This document shows positions 63,501 through 64,000 of a DNA stretch of 64,000 nucleotides, in pieces. A model generated the notes under the pieces. That model did not search any database, had not been told where the DNA came from, and saw only the letters and a program-made list of their open reading frames with translations. Location of the stretch: positions 8,971,929 through 9,035,928 of the forward strand of contig OZ037769.1 of the NCBI GenBank assembly GCA_964035545.1, given 5' to 3'. Origin of the DNA: Bugula neritina. Lineage: Eukaryota > Animalia > Bryozoa. Each line of letters begins with the position of its first letter. Position 1 is the first letter of the stretch. A program made the translations under genes and the position numbers.

Positions 63501-64000
63501 ATTTGTTATACAATATTTTTAATGTAAACTTTCAGTTATGCTATACCTGACCATCATCAGTACTAACATGATTTATCTTTAACATTCACTATCATGCATG
63601 AGCTGTCATTACAAACTACTGCTATAATATGGTGAAACACCATCAACTATTAGTTTTTATGAGCCATTCTTTTGTAGATTGAAATGATCTATTTCAATCT
63701 ACAAGCTTCGTTGTTTTAACTGTTCCTGCTGTACTATTATCATGTGTCAAAACTGCGTCATAATTACATTTCGGAATTTCCCATTTCCAAGAGTTAACTC
63801 ACGATTCTAAATCTTTTTTGAGATGTTTTTATAACTAAACTTGATGTGAAAATACATATGAATTCAAATTACAGTTTAAATTTATTGAGTAAATTCTTCA
63901 AACACAAAAGCTAGAAAATAAGATTTATTCTATATAAGATTATACAATATGATTTAAAAGTATATTAAAAGTTAGCACTTTTGTTAAATGCATCAACAAA

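Noticed and set aside
63520-63565. Second CTGATGA...GAAA motif on the minus strand
   Set aside because: No pairing for stems II or III, so it is not a hammerhead.

Overview
AT-rich, intron-rich animal (invertebrate-type) genomic DNA; the species cannot be determined from this window. Left to right: (1) a 3-exon secreted beta-defensin-like peptide gene (-, 1392-1952); (2) a 17-exon secreted gene (+, 4988-17347) with 11 EGF-like domains, a Thr-rich linker and a C-terminal CUB domain, in which one splice acceptor and one donor are amplified into minisatellites; (3) a decayed relic (about 18.2-21.8 kb) homologous to an accessory gene of the neighbouring element; (4) a full-length but defective 13,710-bp Maverick/Polinton (adintovirus-like) element (22126-35835) with identical 81-bp TIRs and a 6-bp TSD (CTCAAT). 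It encodes a protein-primed polB (VSR-type nuclease insert, and a spliceosomal intron splitting motif B), packaging ATPase, PW/PZ/PM-like proteins, chromo-integrase, minor and major capsid proteins, an adenain-like protease and a multi-exon accessory gene; (5) a 12-kb palindrome (about 36170-48197) carrying three divergent SERTA-like genes; (6) a Gypsy integrase remnant; (7) a secreted NHL-repeat gene whose 3' exons have decayed; (8) two copies of a 344-bp MITE, minisatellites, and a minimal hammerhead ribozyme embedded in (TA)n arrays. All family assignments come from motif recognition by eye, without database searches.
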